Shown piece by piece: positions 41,553 through 50,402 of a stretch of 64,000 nt of DNA. The stretch is from a virus (lineage: Duplodnaviria; Caudoviricetes), in IMG/VR virus record IMGVR_UViG_3300028624_000009, positions 5,329 through 69,328 of that record. One strand, written 5' to 3'. The position numbers were made by a program, and so were the translations under genes. A model generated the notes under the pieces. That model was not told the DNA's origin, did no database searches, and worked only from the letters and a program-made list of their open reading frames with translations. The first letter of the stretch is position 1, and every line of letters starts with the position of its first letter.

Positions 41553-42086
41553 ATGGGTCTTGATATGTATTTAATTGCGAAAAAATTCGTTTGGCACGAT
41601 GATAGCGAATTGGCTAATGCAATCAGAAATGCAGTACCGTGTCCTTTCTCGGACAAACCACGATATATAGAATATACAGCAATGTACTGGCGCAAAGCAA
41701 ACGCGATACATAATTGGTTCGTGCAAAACGTACAAAGTGGAAACGATGATTGCGGTCATTACTATGTTTCAAAAGATGAACTAATCGCACTACGAGATTT
41801 GTGTAATATGGTAATAGCAACCGCAAAACAAATTCCAGGACAAGTGAAAATCGGGGAAATATCAACGGACGGTAAAGAATTTATACCAAAATTTGAAGAT
41901 GGAATGGTCATAGAAAATCCAGAAGAAATTGAATCATTGATGCCGACGACAAATGGATTCTTCTTTGGATCAACGAATTATGACGAATACTATCTAAACG
42001 ATATAAAAGAAACCAAACAGGTCATTGACAAGATACTAAACAGTGACACGACAGGCTGGGAGTTCGAATATTACTCAAGTTGGTAA
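41553..42086 (+). CDS. Widespread phage-type hypothetical protein
   Basis: MGLDMYL...YWRKANAIHNWF...GFFFGS...YYSSW. Confidence 0.8.
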   Translation: MGLDMYLIAKKFVWHDDSELANAIRNAVPCPFSDKPRYIEYTAMYWRKANAIHNWFVQNVQSGNDDCGHYYVSKDELIALRDLCNMVIATAKQIPGQVKIGEISTDGKEFIPKFEDGMVIENPEEIESLMPTTNGFFFGSTNYDEYYLNDIKETKQVIDKILNSDTTGWEFEYYSSW

Positions 42087-42102
42087 AACGAGGTGAACAA
42101 AA

Positions 42103-43074
42103 ATGTTATCAAACAAAGATGCAGTAATCGCATTTGCGCGTCAAGAAAGAGGAAACAGCAAACATATTTTTCATGATGACAATCGAAAATTATACAGCTA
42201 CGGGCATCATTTCATCCTAGCAACGAGACTAGATACCGGCGAATATCTGATCAACGGGGATACTTATAGTTCATCAACATCAAGGCATACATCGTTGTGC
42301 ATCAGACATTTGACTCCAAATGTGATAATCCCATTTTCGGCATTGAACCAGGTAACAACGGAGTACTCAGCTATCAAGATGGTTGACAGATCATCAGACA
42401 TATACATTCCACGAATTCGACGAGATCCAAAAACAGGAGAAATAATTGAGTACAATGAACACAGGCTGGGGTCAGCCGTAATCGAGATAGAAGGTAAACA
42501 CTACTTGTCATCAATTGATGCAGGTGCCAAAGATCGAGGAGGATATTTTTTGGTGGAATTGCCCGAGAATGTAACCTCGGTTGATGAGGCGTTTGATACT
42601 CTGTTTCCGGAAGATCTGGCCCGAGACGCACCGCATGTCAGACAAGGAGAATTTTTCTTCGAACCGACAAATATGCAAACAAAAGAACTTTCACCAGTGG
42701 AGCCATTGTATGAATGGGGTTGGTATGATTACAATGTTCAACATGTTTATCAAGCGAGGTTTGCAACAAAAGAACTTGCAGACAAACATCTGAGAAGACA
42801 CATAGAATCATGGGGGCAGATCGAAGATAGCTCTGGTAGAATGGTTCACAGATTCCCGATTAAAGACCAAAATAACCTGGCACGATATTTTCCGAATGCC
42901 GGAACAGGTCATGCGCACATAGTAACAGAAATCAGACAAAAAGATGGAGATATTTATGTCAGAGGAACAATTAGGCACCCTGAACATAAGATATTGGTAT
43001 TAGGCAAAATTTGGCATCGCGTTTATGTGAACAGGGCCGTAAGATCATTTTCGGCGGGTGGTAACGTTGATTAA
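42103..43074 (+). CDS. Phage-type two-domain hypothetical protein
   Basis: LYSYGHHF...YSSSTSRH; RQGEFFF...GTIRHPEH. Confidence 0.75.
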   Translation: MLSNKDAVIAFARQERGNSKHIFHDDNRKLYSYGHHFILATRLDTGEYLINGDTYSSSTSRHTSLCIRHLTPNVIIPFSALNQVTTEYSAIKMVDRSSDIYIPRIRRDPKTGEIIEYNEHRLGSAVIEIEGKHYLSSIDAGAKDRGGYFLVELPENVTSVDEAFDTLFPEDLARDAPHVRQGEFFFEPTNMQTKELSPVEPLYEWGWYDYNVQHVYQARFATKELADKHLRRHIESWGQIEDSSGRMVHRFPIKDQNNLARYFPNAGTGHAHIVTEIRQKDGDIYVRGTIRHPEHKILVLGKIWHRVYVNRAVRSFSAGGNVD

Positions 43075-43516
43075 GAGAATAAGTTTATCAGAACTATCCG
43101 AACAGGCATTGGAACAAACATTAAATAAATATTCAGCAGCACTAAGCGGATGTCCATTGTCATGGACATGGTGTGGAATATGTATAGAAATAGAATACAA
43201 TGCAGACACCGATATGACTCAATATGAACAATGTGCAATATTATGTCCACTATATCCATCGGAATGGTGCAGAAACGACAAACTAGAATCACGATTATAT
43301 GACGCATATGCAGCAATGGACACAGCAAGCTTTCGCGAAAAAGAATACGAGAGATGGAAAACAGACGTGAACAACTATCTATGGTGGATTACGACCGAAT
43401 TAGAACTGATGAGGTCCGACTACGAAAAACACTGGAGCATTGGATTTTGAACAGCTTGTCGCGGAAAATGGTTGCAAAGAAATACCCTGAGATTTTTCGG
43501 ATTTGAGGCGATAAAG

Positions 43517-43755
43517 ATGAAACTATATGAAGTCAAGATACGGGCGGGCACAGTTCCGTGGATGTAAATTATCACGAATCGTATGTGGTGGCCTCTTCAA
43601 CTGACAGCGCATATATGCAAGTAAGAGAATACCTGGACAAGAATGATCTGTGCTTTGATCACGAAAGAGAATTAGAATCGATAACTCTGATTGCAGAAAT
43701 GAGCAAATATCCGCTATGCGGGACGATGATGTTCATCGAGGGAACGCCATTGTAG
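43517..43755 (+). CDS. Small protein with an apparent frameshift in a G-run (~43541-43548)
   Basis: MKLYEVKIR joins GGHSSVDVNYHESYVVA if one G is added. Confidence 0.5.
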
Positions 43756-44346
43756 ATTTAAACGGTGATAAAATGAGTGATGCATGTGACAAGTGCCTTA
43801 ATGCTCCTTTTTGCGAGCAGCGGACCAAGTGTGAATCTGATGATGGATGTTACGATTTCGTGGAGGCAGTAAAAATCGATGCCAAGCTTTGAGCAATTGG
43901 TCGCAGAAAACGGTTGGGAAACGGTGTTGACTTCTCTCCGAGAAGAAGCCGCTCGGCAACTGGTTCTGTCGGGTGATCCAACCTCGCGAAGAGTATTTAA
44001 CGTATTACAAGCATGCTTAGAGGAGGTTTGCCGGGACTGCTAACGGCGAGGTTTTCGGTCATGATTCAGCCGGCCCTCCTTCCTCGCTGGCAGACATCCC
44101 GGCAGCCGGGAGATTTTTATCATGGATAAAATAATAATTCGTCAACGATGCTCACCTTTTAAAGCTTTCAAGGTGGGTGACTTCGATGAAGCCAATTTTC
44201 ACATGGGGTATAAAAAGGCTGAGAAGTTGGTACAGGCTAAGAACAACTATCCGGGAGAGTATGCCATCGTTGTTGAGAAGCTTGACGACGACGAGGTTTT
44301 CGATCTCGGGTAGAAAGATATTTACCCTGGGAAAACGTTTGAACAT

Positions 44347-45587
44347 GTGATCAACATGGGAATCATAGAAGAGATCGCTGGGAGGGGCATCAACCGCGCC
44401 CTTCAAGTCGCTACCGCTAATGTGACTGATGAGAAGTATGCCGAGATGATTGAACTTCTATACGAAACAGGAGGTGCTATTCAGGATATTGCCGATATGC
44501 TGGCGGACAAAAAGCTCTCCGCTGAGGAGATTGACAAGCTGGCCAGAGAACTGTATGAAAACGCGGACGGCATTCAATTGGAGGCTGTGAAGTCTGCAAT
44601 TGACAGAATCGTTGCTGGAATAGGTAGATAGATTAACACCATTGTTTTTTTTGAGGGAACTTTTATGGATTTCGAAAAATTAATAGTTGCTTTGGTTGAC
44701 GATGGAGTGCCCATTGCAAACTTACTGAGGCTAAACGAACAATCAACGTCAACCGTATCAGCAATCATCTCAATGCTGATGAAAGGAACCGCCACGACGC
44801 CGGAAGAACAACAGACCATGGTTGAAGATGCTCAGTCTACTTTGGAGATGTTGAAGATGGCAGATATCCTTACAGTGGATGGTGAAAAAGTCACTCCTGG
44901 CAAGGTATTTTCGGATTTCAAGGAATTTGCCAGTGACTTCTTCAATTTGGACAACACTATCATGCGCTCGTTGAAGATCTCACGGCAGGAATTCGATGAG
45001 ATCAAAAGAGAATATATGGAGGTCACAGGCAAGTCGAGAGAGTTCGTTGATATTCTGACGGCTTGGTCTGACCTGCCTCCGGAGGCCAAACTTGGTATTG
45101 TGCGAGGTATTTTTGTCCAGCGCGGCATTATGGCCACAATTGTCGGTAATGCTGTAAAGTCTCTCAGAAACGTGTCGAATCATTGTAATATGAGTGCGGA
45201 ATGGCTGAGCCAATGGACGCAGGAATAGATGTCGAAGATAGGATGAGGAGATTCGCAAAATGTGATGGATCTCCTCAATCCATTTCGAAGGTGCTGTGTG
45301 AAGGTTTGACGGATCGCGAGCAGGAGGTACTTGCACTTGGAATCAGAGTTGGCAAGCATTCCGCTGCGGTTACGGTCATGCGCGAGATAAGGTCTGAAAT
45401 AGGGGATCTCGTCGCGCAGAAAATCGATCCCCATATAAAGGTTCTGAAACGTCCGGTAAAAGCCTGTAACAACCAGGTTGCAGATGGTGGCGTTTTCAGA
45501 TGCAAGAGAGGCGGCCTGTGTAATCCTACAGAATGTTCGTATTTTGAGCCACGGTCTAATTATGTCAAATGGCCGAAAACTTTTTAA
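44347..45587 (+). CDS. Three hypothetical proteins (44347-44631, 44665-45228, 45201-45587)
   Basis: Co-oriented ORFs; the last has a C-terminal four-Cys cluster. Confidence 0.6.
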
Positions 45588-45620
45588 GTCTCTTTTTTAA
45601 GCATTGGATGAGGGAACACA

Positions 45621-47075
45621 ATGAGAGAAGATTTAGTCGATATAATCTCCAGGTATTCCGACGAGTTTGGTGTCACGGTAGAATTTACTGATACCGCCGC
45701 TAAGTTTGTTACGGATGATGGAGAAATTGTCCTTGAGGAAAAGGGCGGGGAAGCGAATCTCAAGAGAGTAGAACCTCTTGATGAAACGGATGATGACCAA
45801 ATAATGCGCTTGTCAAAGATTCGGCGACACTTTTCGGGATATCTCAGAACATCTCTAGAGGCCAATAAGAAGGCCTCCGAACCAGTTGCTGAACCAGAAC
45901 CTCCAAAGAAGAAGGCCGGGCGTCCTCCGAAAACAGAAAAGACAGAATTGCCGACTGGAGAGGAGGAACCTCCGAAACCAAGAAGGGCTCCCAGAGGCAC
46001 GAAGGCCGCCGAAGATGCGGAAAGAGCTAAGAAAGCTCAGAATGACCCACCAGATGCCCCGGTCGAACAGCCTCCTGCTCCCACCGAAGATGAAGAGGAA
46101 GAATTGCCGGATCTTCGGCCTGAGTGTGATAAAACTGGCAAAGTTCTCCCGGAGATATACAAGCTAATGAAACTTCGAGGCAGTAAACAGGGACTTGAAG
46201 TTGTCGAGGAAAACCTCGATCATTTAGTTCTGAGAGGCGAGTTTGGCGATGCCGAGGTTCTTGCCAACGGAGAGATTTTGTCCGAGGTAGCGGGTTATAT
46301 ACGAATCCTTGGCGGGCAGCCTGTCAAAGAGCCTACTTCTCCGGTTGCCAAGACCGCGCCGGCCAAGGTTGCTGCTTCGTCTCCAACAAAGTCGGCCCCT
46401 GTGAAGGAAAGCATCTTTGACCAGATCATTGCTCATTTCGGGCCGGATCTCATGGAGGTCTTTGGAGAGACCGGGACAATGAAGTCGCAGGGAATGGTGG
46501 CGCTGGCCAAACAGTGTGCTGAGGCTGGTAGAAAAGTATATTATTTAGACACGGAAAATAATATATCGCCTCCAGATGTCGAAATGTTGAGAAATCTGGG
46601 AGTAAATTATCATTATACCCCGGTTCTCAAGGAGATTGACGAAATCTTCGACAAGAACATACCAGCAATCAAGGCCGATGTCATTATTGTGGACAGCGTT
46701 GGTATGCCAGTGTTGAGGAAGTTCTCGGCGATGAGCGCCCACGATAGAGGGAGCGCGCTTCTGGACATAATCAAGTGGTTGGGAGTATTGAAGGAGTGGA
46801 CCTATCTCAACAAGTCCATAGCTTTCGTCACAAACCAGCCACAATCAGAGTTTGGCAAGTCCTCGTCCCAGGAAAAAGGCGATCATCGCATGCCATTTGG
46901 GGATAAGAGCAATTTTATTCCAGGAGCACTATTATTGTCCAAAAAGTCATTGGATTCCCCGCAGGGTTCCAAAGCAGCGTTCCAAGTTTTTAGACTTCGA
47001 AGCCATGCCTGGGGAGAAAAGATATTCGAGGTAAATGTGGATAAGAATGGACCCTCGATAAAATTGGTGATATAA
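45621..47075 (+). CDS. RecA/RadB-like ATPase with a long disordered N-terminal half
   Basis: EVFGETGTMKS, YYLDTE, IIVDSV, FVTNQ; KKAGRPPK AT-hook-like motif. Confidence 0.8.
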   Translation: MREDLVDIISRYSDEFGVTVEFTDTAAKFVTDDGEIVLEEKGGEANLKRVEPLDETDDDQIMRLSKIRRHFSGYLRTSLEANKKASEPVAEPEPPKKKAGRPPKTEKTELPTGEEEPPKPRRAPRGTKAAEDAERAKKAQNDPPDAPVEQPPAPTEDEEEELPDLRPECDKTGKVLPEIYKLMKLRGSKQGLEVVEENLDHLVLRGEFGDAEVLANGEILSEVAGYIRILGGQPVKEPTSPVAKTAPAKVAASSPTKSAPVKESIFDQIIAHFGPDLMEVFGETGTMKSQGMVALAKQCAEAGRKVYYLDTENNISPPDVEMLRNLGVNYHYTPVLKEIDEIFDKNIPAIKADVIIVDSVGMPVLRKFSAMSAHDRGSALLDIIKWLGVLKEWTYLNKSIAFVTNQPQSEFGKSSSQEKGDHRMPFGDKSNFIPGALLLSKKSLDSPQGSKAAFQVFRLRSHAWGEKIFEVNVDKNGPSIKLVI

Positions 47076-47480
47076 ATGAAGAAGAAAAACAGCAAAGCCA
47101 GGAAGGTTGCTGCGAAAAAGCAGCCTGCAAAAGTCGAAGGCGCAGAAAAGCGGAATTTTATTCTGCTTAGCTGGGATGGAGATGAGATCGGAAAATACAC
47201 AGGGCGAGCACCTCGTCAGGCCGCATTAAAAGCTGCAAATCGTGGAGTGCGGGACATTATCTTCCGGGAAATAGGAAAAAAGAAGGTAGTCATGCGCAAA
47301 AAAGAGAAGGTCACGTACGTAAAAATCCACAGATTCACCGGATCAATTAAAACCCGCCCGAAGATCAAGAGTGACCCAGAGTGGATGAAAGATCCAGTAT
47401 CCATACCAGTAGTGACCAAAGTATGCAGCGCCTGGATGCCAGCGAAAGAGACCGATTTAGCGGCTTATGTCGGTGACTGA
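47076..47480 (+). CDS. Non-histone chromosomal protein MC1 homolog
   Basis: RNFIL...DGDEIGKYTGRAPRQAALKAANRG..I.FRE.G...KIHRFTG...PEWM. Confidence 0.92.
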   Translation: MKKKNSKARKVAAKKQPAKVEGAEKRNFILLSWDGDEIGKYTGRAPRQAALKAANRGVRDIIFREIGKKKVVMRKKEKVTYVKIHRFTGSIKTRPKIKSDPEWMKDPVSIPVVTKVCSAWMPAKETDLAAYVGD

Positions 47481-47482
47481 GC

Positions 47483-47716
47483 ATGCGTCTCATAACAGTA
47501 GTTGCCGGTCCAAAACCCCTCCGTCTTACGTCTTCAGGCACGACCAAACGCACTTTCGAAGTCAAGTGCCAGGGCATATACGAAAATGACATGGGTCGTT
47601 ACAAGGCTACTCTGACCATCACCGGCCCTGATGAAGAGCTGGCCGAACAAATCTTGGACACCCTGGAACTGGGAGAAGAGTTTGAGTTGAAATGCATGCC
47701 CCCGAAAAAGGGATAG
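47483..47716 (+). CDS. Small beta-rich hypothetical protein
   Basis: ORF after a GGTGA site. Confidence 0.55.
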   Translation: MRLITVVAGPKPLRLTSSGTTKRTFEVKCQGIYENDMGRYKATLTITGPDEELAEQILDTLELGEEFELKCMPPKKG

Positions 47717-47723
47717 TCGAACC

Positions 47724-47757
47724 TTCTTCTTTTTTTCCAGCAATCTTTATTTATCAA
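47724..47757 (+). promoter_or_regulatory. 34-bp T-tract plus TATA-like promoter block, copy B
   Basis: TTCTTCTTTTTTTCCAGCAATCTTTATTTATCAA, identical to the reverse complement of 18525-18558. Confidence 0.75.
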
Positions 47758-47789
47758 GATGACTTAGTTACCTTTCATGGTGATTTAAA

Positions 47790-48806
47790 GTGGTAGAAGT
47801 TACGAGTCACAACATCAACCCACCAACAGAGGACACCCTAGCGGATATCAAAATCCTTATTAATAGCAGAATTCCTCTATTGGTCGACGGCAAGGTCCCG
47901 GTTGATATATCGACGTCCGTCGGTTCTATGAATGTCAATGCATTTCCGACGGCCAACCTTGGGCAGCAACCCGTAGCAAATTCCTTGTCAGTGACGCCTG
48001 CTTCGGATATTGCAGATCCAACCTATATCGGTGACATTCGGTTTGGTGAGGCATTGCCGGTTGGAGACAATGTAATAGGTAAAGTCAAGATCGACCAGGC
48101 CATTCCCGGTACAACTAATCTGGTTAATGTCAATGGCGGGGCCTCGCAGACGGCTGATATCAAGGTCACACTGGATTCCGAAACCATTGCAGTAACTGGT
48201 CCTCTGACAGATGCTCAATTATCTGCGCAGTCGTTGGCAAAAGACAGCTCGTTGACAAACATTCTAAATAAGATCATTGCCGAACCGTCCACCGAAGCCA
48301 AACAAGATCTGATCCTGACCGCCCTCGGGTTGATTGCGACCGAAGCCACAACAGGCGATATCAAGACTGCCACAGAAGCCTTAGCAGCACTAATATCAGC
48401 TGGGGCTCTGGCGGTTTCCCTGACAGAGTTGCCGGACACTGCTGCTGGCGACCTGGCAGACATTAACACCGCTTCTGCAAGTATCGATGGCAAGCTCCCG
48501 GCCATCGGGCAGCAGCTCAAGGCAGCGTCTCTGTCGATTGTACCTGCATCGGACGCGGATGATGTCAAGGTCACCCTAGACTCGGAATCTGTAGCAGTAA
48601 CAGGTCCGCTGACCGACACCGAATTAAGAGCATCCGATATCAAGGTAACGCTTGATTCTGAGTCAGTTGCAGTAACCGGGCCACTCACCAACGCGGAATT
48701 GACTGCGCAGGCATTGGCCACGGAAGCAACTCTCGGTACAATGCAGGCAGACATAGCCCTCATGAGAGCCGATCTTGCAGCTATCTTAGCCATCCTGGAG
48801 AGCTGA
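47790..48806 (+). CDS. Putative fibre-shaft protein with DxKVTLDSExxAVTGPLT repeats
   Basis: Three internal repeats; directly upstream of the Mtd-like gene. Confidence 0.65.
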   Translation: MVEVTSHNINPPTEDTLADIKILINSRIPLLVDGKVPVDISTSVGSMNVNAFPTANLGQQPVANSLSVTPASDIADPTYIGDIRFGEALPVGDNVIGKVKIDQAIPGTTNLVNVNGGASQTADIKVTLDSETIAVTGPLTDAQLSAQSLAKDSSLTNILNKIIAEPSTEAKQDLILTALGLIATEATTGDIKTATEALAALISAGALAVSLTELPDTAAGDLADINTASASIDGKLPAIGQQLKAASLSIVPASDADDVKVTLDSESVAVTGPLTDTELRASDIKVTLDSESVAVTGPLTNAELTAQALATEATLGTMQADIALMRADLAAILAILES

Positions 48807-48808
48807 AC

Positions 48809-49960
48809 ATGGGATTTCTGAATCGCCTTCCAGCCAGGCAGGACGGCTACTACAACCGCAACCGGATGTGGAAGAACAAGGGCAGCGACACGGCGGCCAA
48901 TAGGAGGACCCTGGTCAGCCCCAGCCATATGCTCGTGAACATTGGTGGAGCCGGTGCTCATGCCTACGAGCGGGAAGCCGCCCTGGAGATGGACCTGAAC
49001 GAGTCTTGGGTCTGGGATACTCAGACTCCCACCGACTATACCGTAGCGGCCAACCGTGCAGGCAAGGACTTCTACGTCTATGCACTCCTTCCGAGCAGCG
49101 GGTTCTCTCCTGTACTGGTTCTGAGCGCTGCAACCACCTATCCAGCTGGCTACTCCGCAGCAGACAGCCGCAAGATAGGGGGCTTCCATTGCGAATGCGC
49201 GGATGTTGGCACGATATCCGGCCACCCCCTCACAGGCTACCTGGCAGGAGATATCATCCCTCGGTCTTGCTGGGATCTGCTACATAGATCTGCGGGTGCC
49301 CAGGCGGGGATGGTCTGGGCCGGGAAGACAGATTTTGATAGCCTGACAGGCCCTAAGATATGGGTTGCCATCTACCTGGCCAGCGGCACGGGATCAAGCA
49401 CGGTTTCTGCCAACGGGGCCACGATCTCAGATACACGAGACTGGATGAGTTTCGTGGACGACTTCGCGGCCATAGGCTGCAGGATGCTGGAGGACGACGA
49501 ATTCCAAGCCATCGCCGCCGGATCGAACGAAGAGACGAACATCGCCGGATTAGACGATCCAGTCACTACTGGCGGACATCTCGACACTGCTGGCAGACGG
49601 ATGGTCAGCAACATCGGCTGCGAGGACTGCTGCGGGGTATTGTGGCAGTGGCTCAGGACTCAGAGCTATCGTTTCGATGGGGCGGCGAACCATACACATC
49701 AGGTGGTGGTGTCTGGCGATCCCGAAACGGTGACTTCTAGCAATCCATCTGGCGATGTCGCTCCGGCATTCGCATACTACGATCTCCCCGGAGCGAAGGG
49801 CAGCCTCTACAAGCAAGGGACTTACGGCGATGTGAAGCTGCTCGGCGGCGGCGCTTGGGATAGTGCGTCGTCTTGCGGTTCGCGGGCGCGTTATGCGGCT
49901 AACCATCGCTGGAATACGGGTTCGAATATCGGCGGTCGCTTTGTCGCGGAGCCACACTGA
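48809..49960 (+). CDS. Major-tropism-determinant (Mtd)-like receptor-binding protein with FGE/C-type-lectin fold and DGR-type variable region
   Basis: AGKDFYVY, SRKIGGFH, GCEDCCGVLWQW, LLGGGAW...CGSRAR...RW...NIGGRF. Confidence 0.88.
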   Translation: MGFLNRLPARQDGYYNRNRMWKNKGSDTAANRRTLVSPSHMLVNIGGAGAHAYEREAALEMDLNESWVWDTQTPTDYTVAANRAGKDFYVYALLPSSGFSPVLVLSAATTYPAGYSAADSRKIGGFHCECADVGTISGHPLTGYLAGDIIPRSCWDLLHRSAGAQAGMVWAGKTDFDSLTGPKIWVAIYLASGTGSSTVSANGATISDTRDWMSFVDDFAAIGCRMLEDDEFQAIAAGSNEETNIAGLDDPVTTGGHLDTAGRRMVSNIGCEDCCGVLWQWLRTQSYRFDGAANHTHQVVVSGDPETVTSSNPSGDVAPAFAYYDLPGAKGSLYKQGTYGDVKLLGGGAWDSASSCGSRARYAANHRWNTGSNIGGRFVAEPH

Positions 49961-50084
49961 CGCCAGAACAACTTTAGTGATATGTGGCCTTGCGGTGCTC
50001 CATATGCAAAAATCGTGGCTACCGAGGATGCAGATGGTACGAACTGCACAGTAGAAGTTGTTCCCTTTAACCGATAGAAAAAAC

Positions 50085-50118
50085 TCCCGGCCCGAAGACC
50101 GGGAAAAATATTTTTTTT
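50085..50118. terminator. Hairpin with A/T tracts between convergent genes
   Basis: TCCCGG...CCGGGA flanked by A-runs and a T8 run. Confidence 0.5.
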
Positions 50119-50366
50119 CAGTCTCCTACATATTCTATTGAATCGATGTCCAGTTCCATTAGACTGTCATTTGGTCCAATTAGCACAAGTACCTCCTGGT
50201 TATCTACATATTCTTTAGTTGCTGCATCTTTAGGTTCGATAGGATCACCAAGATCCATGAGTCGGTTGAAATAGACTGACTGATCTCCGTCGAGGGTTTT
50301 CTTATCTCGGACACCTATCTTTTCCTGCCATTTCCAATCATGTAATCTGATATTGGGTCTATCCAT
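50118..50366 (-). CDS. Short protein consisting of the spike N-terminal attachment domain
   Basis: RLxDWKWQEK...LDGDQSVYFNR..LGDP.EP.DAA.K.YV shared with 50403..52532. Confidence 0.75.
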   Translation of the reverse strand: MDRPNIRLHDWKWQEKIGVRDKKTLDGDQSVYFNRLMDLGDPIEPKDAATKEYVDNQEVLVLIGPNDSLMELDIDSIEYVGD

Positions 50367-50402
50367 AATATGTTCACCAGCCTTTATTTTATTTCAATCT
50401 TG

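Noticed and set aside
48215-49225. 336-aa antisense ORF
   Set aside because: It is the shadow of two well-supported GC-rich plus-strand genes.
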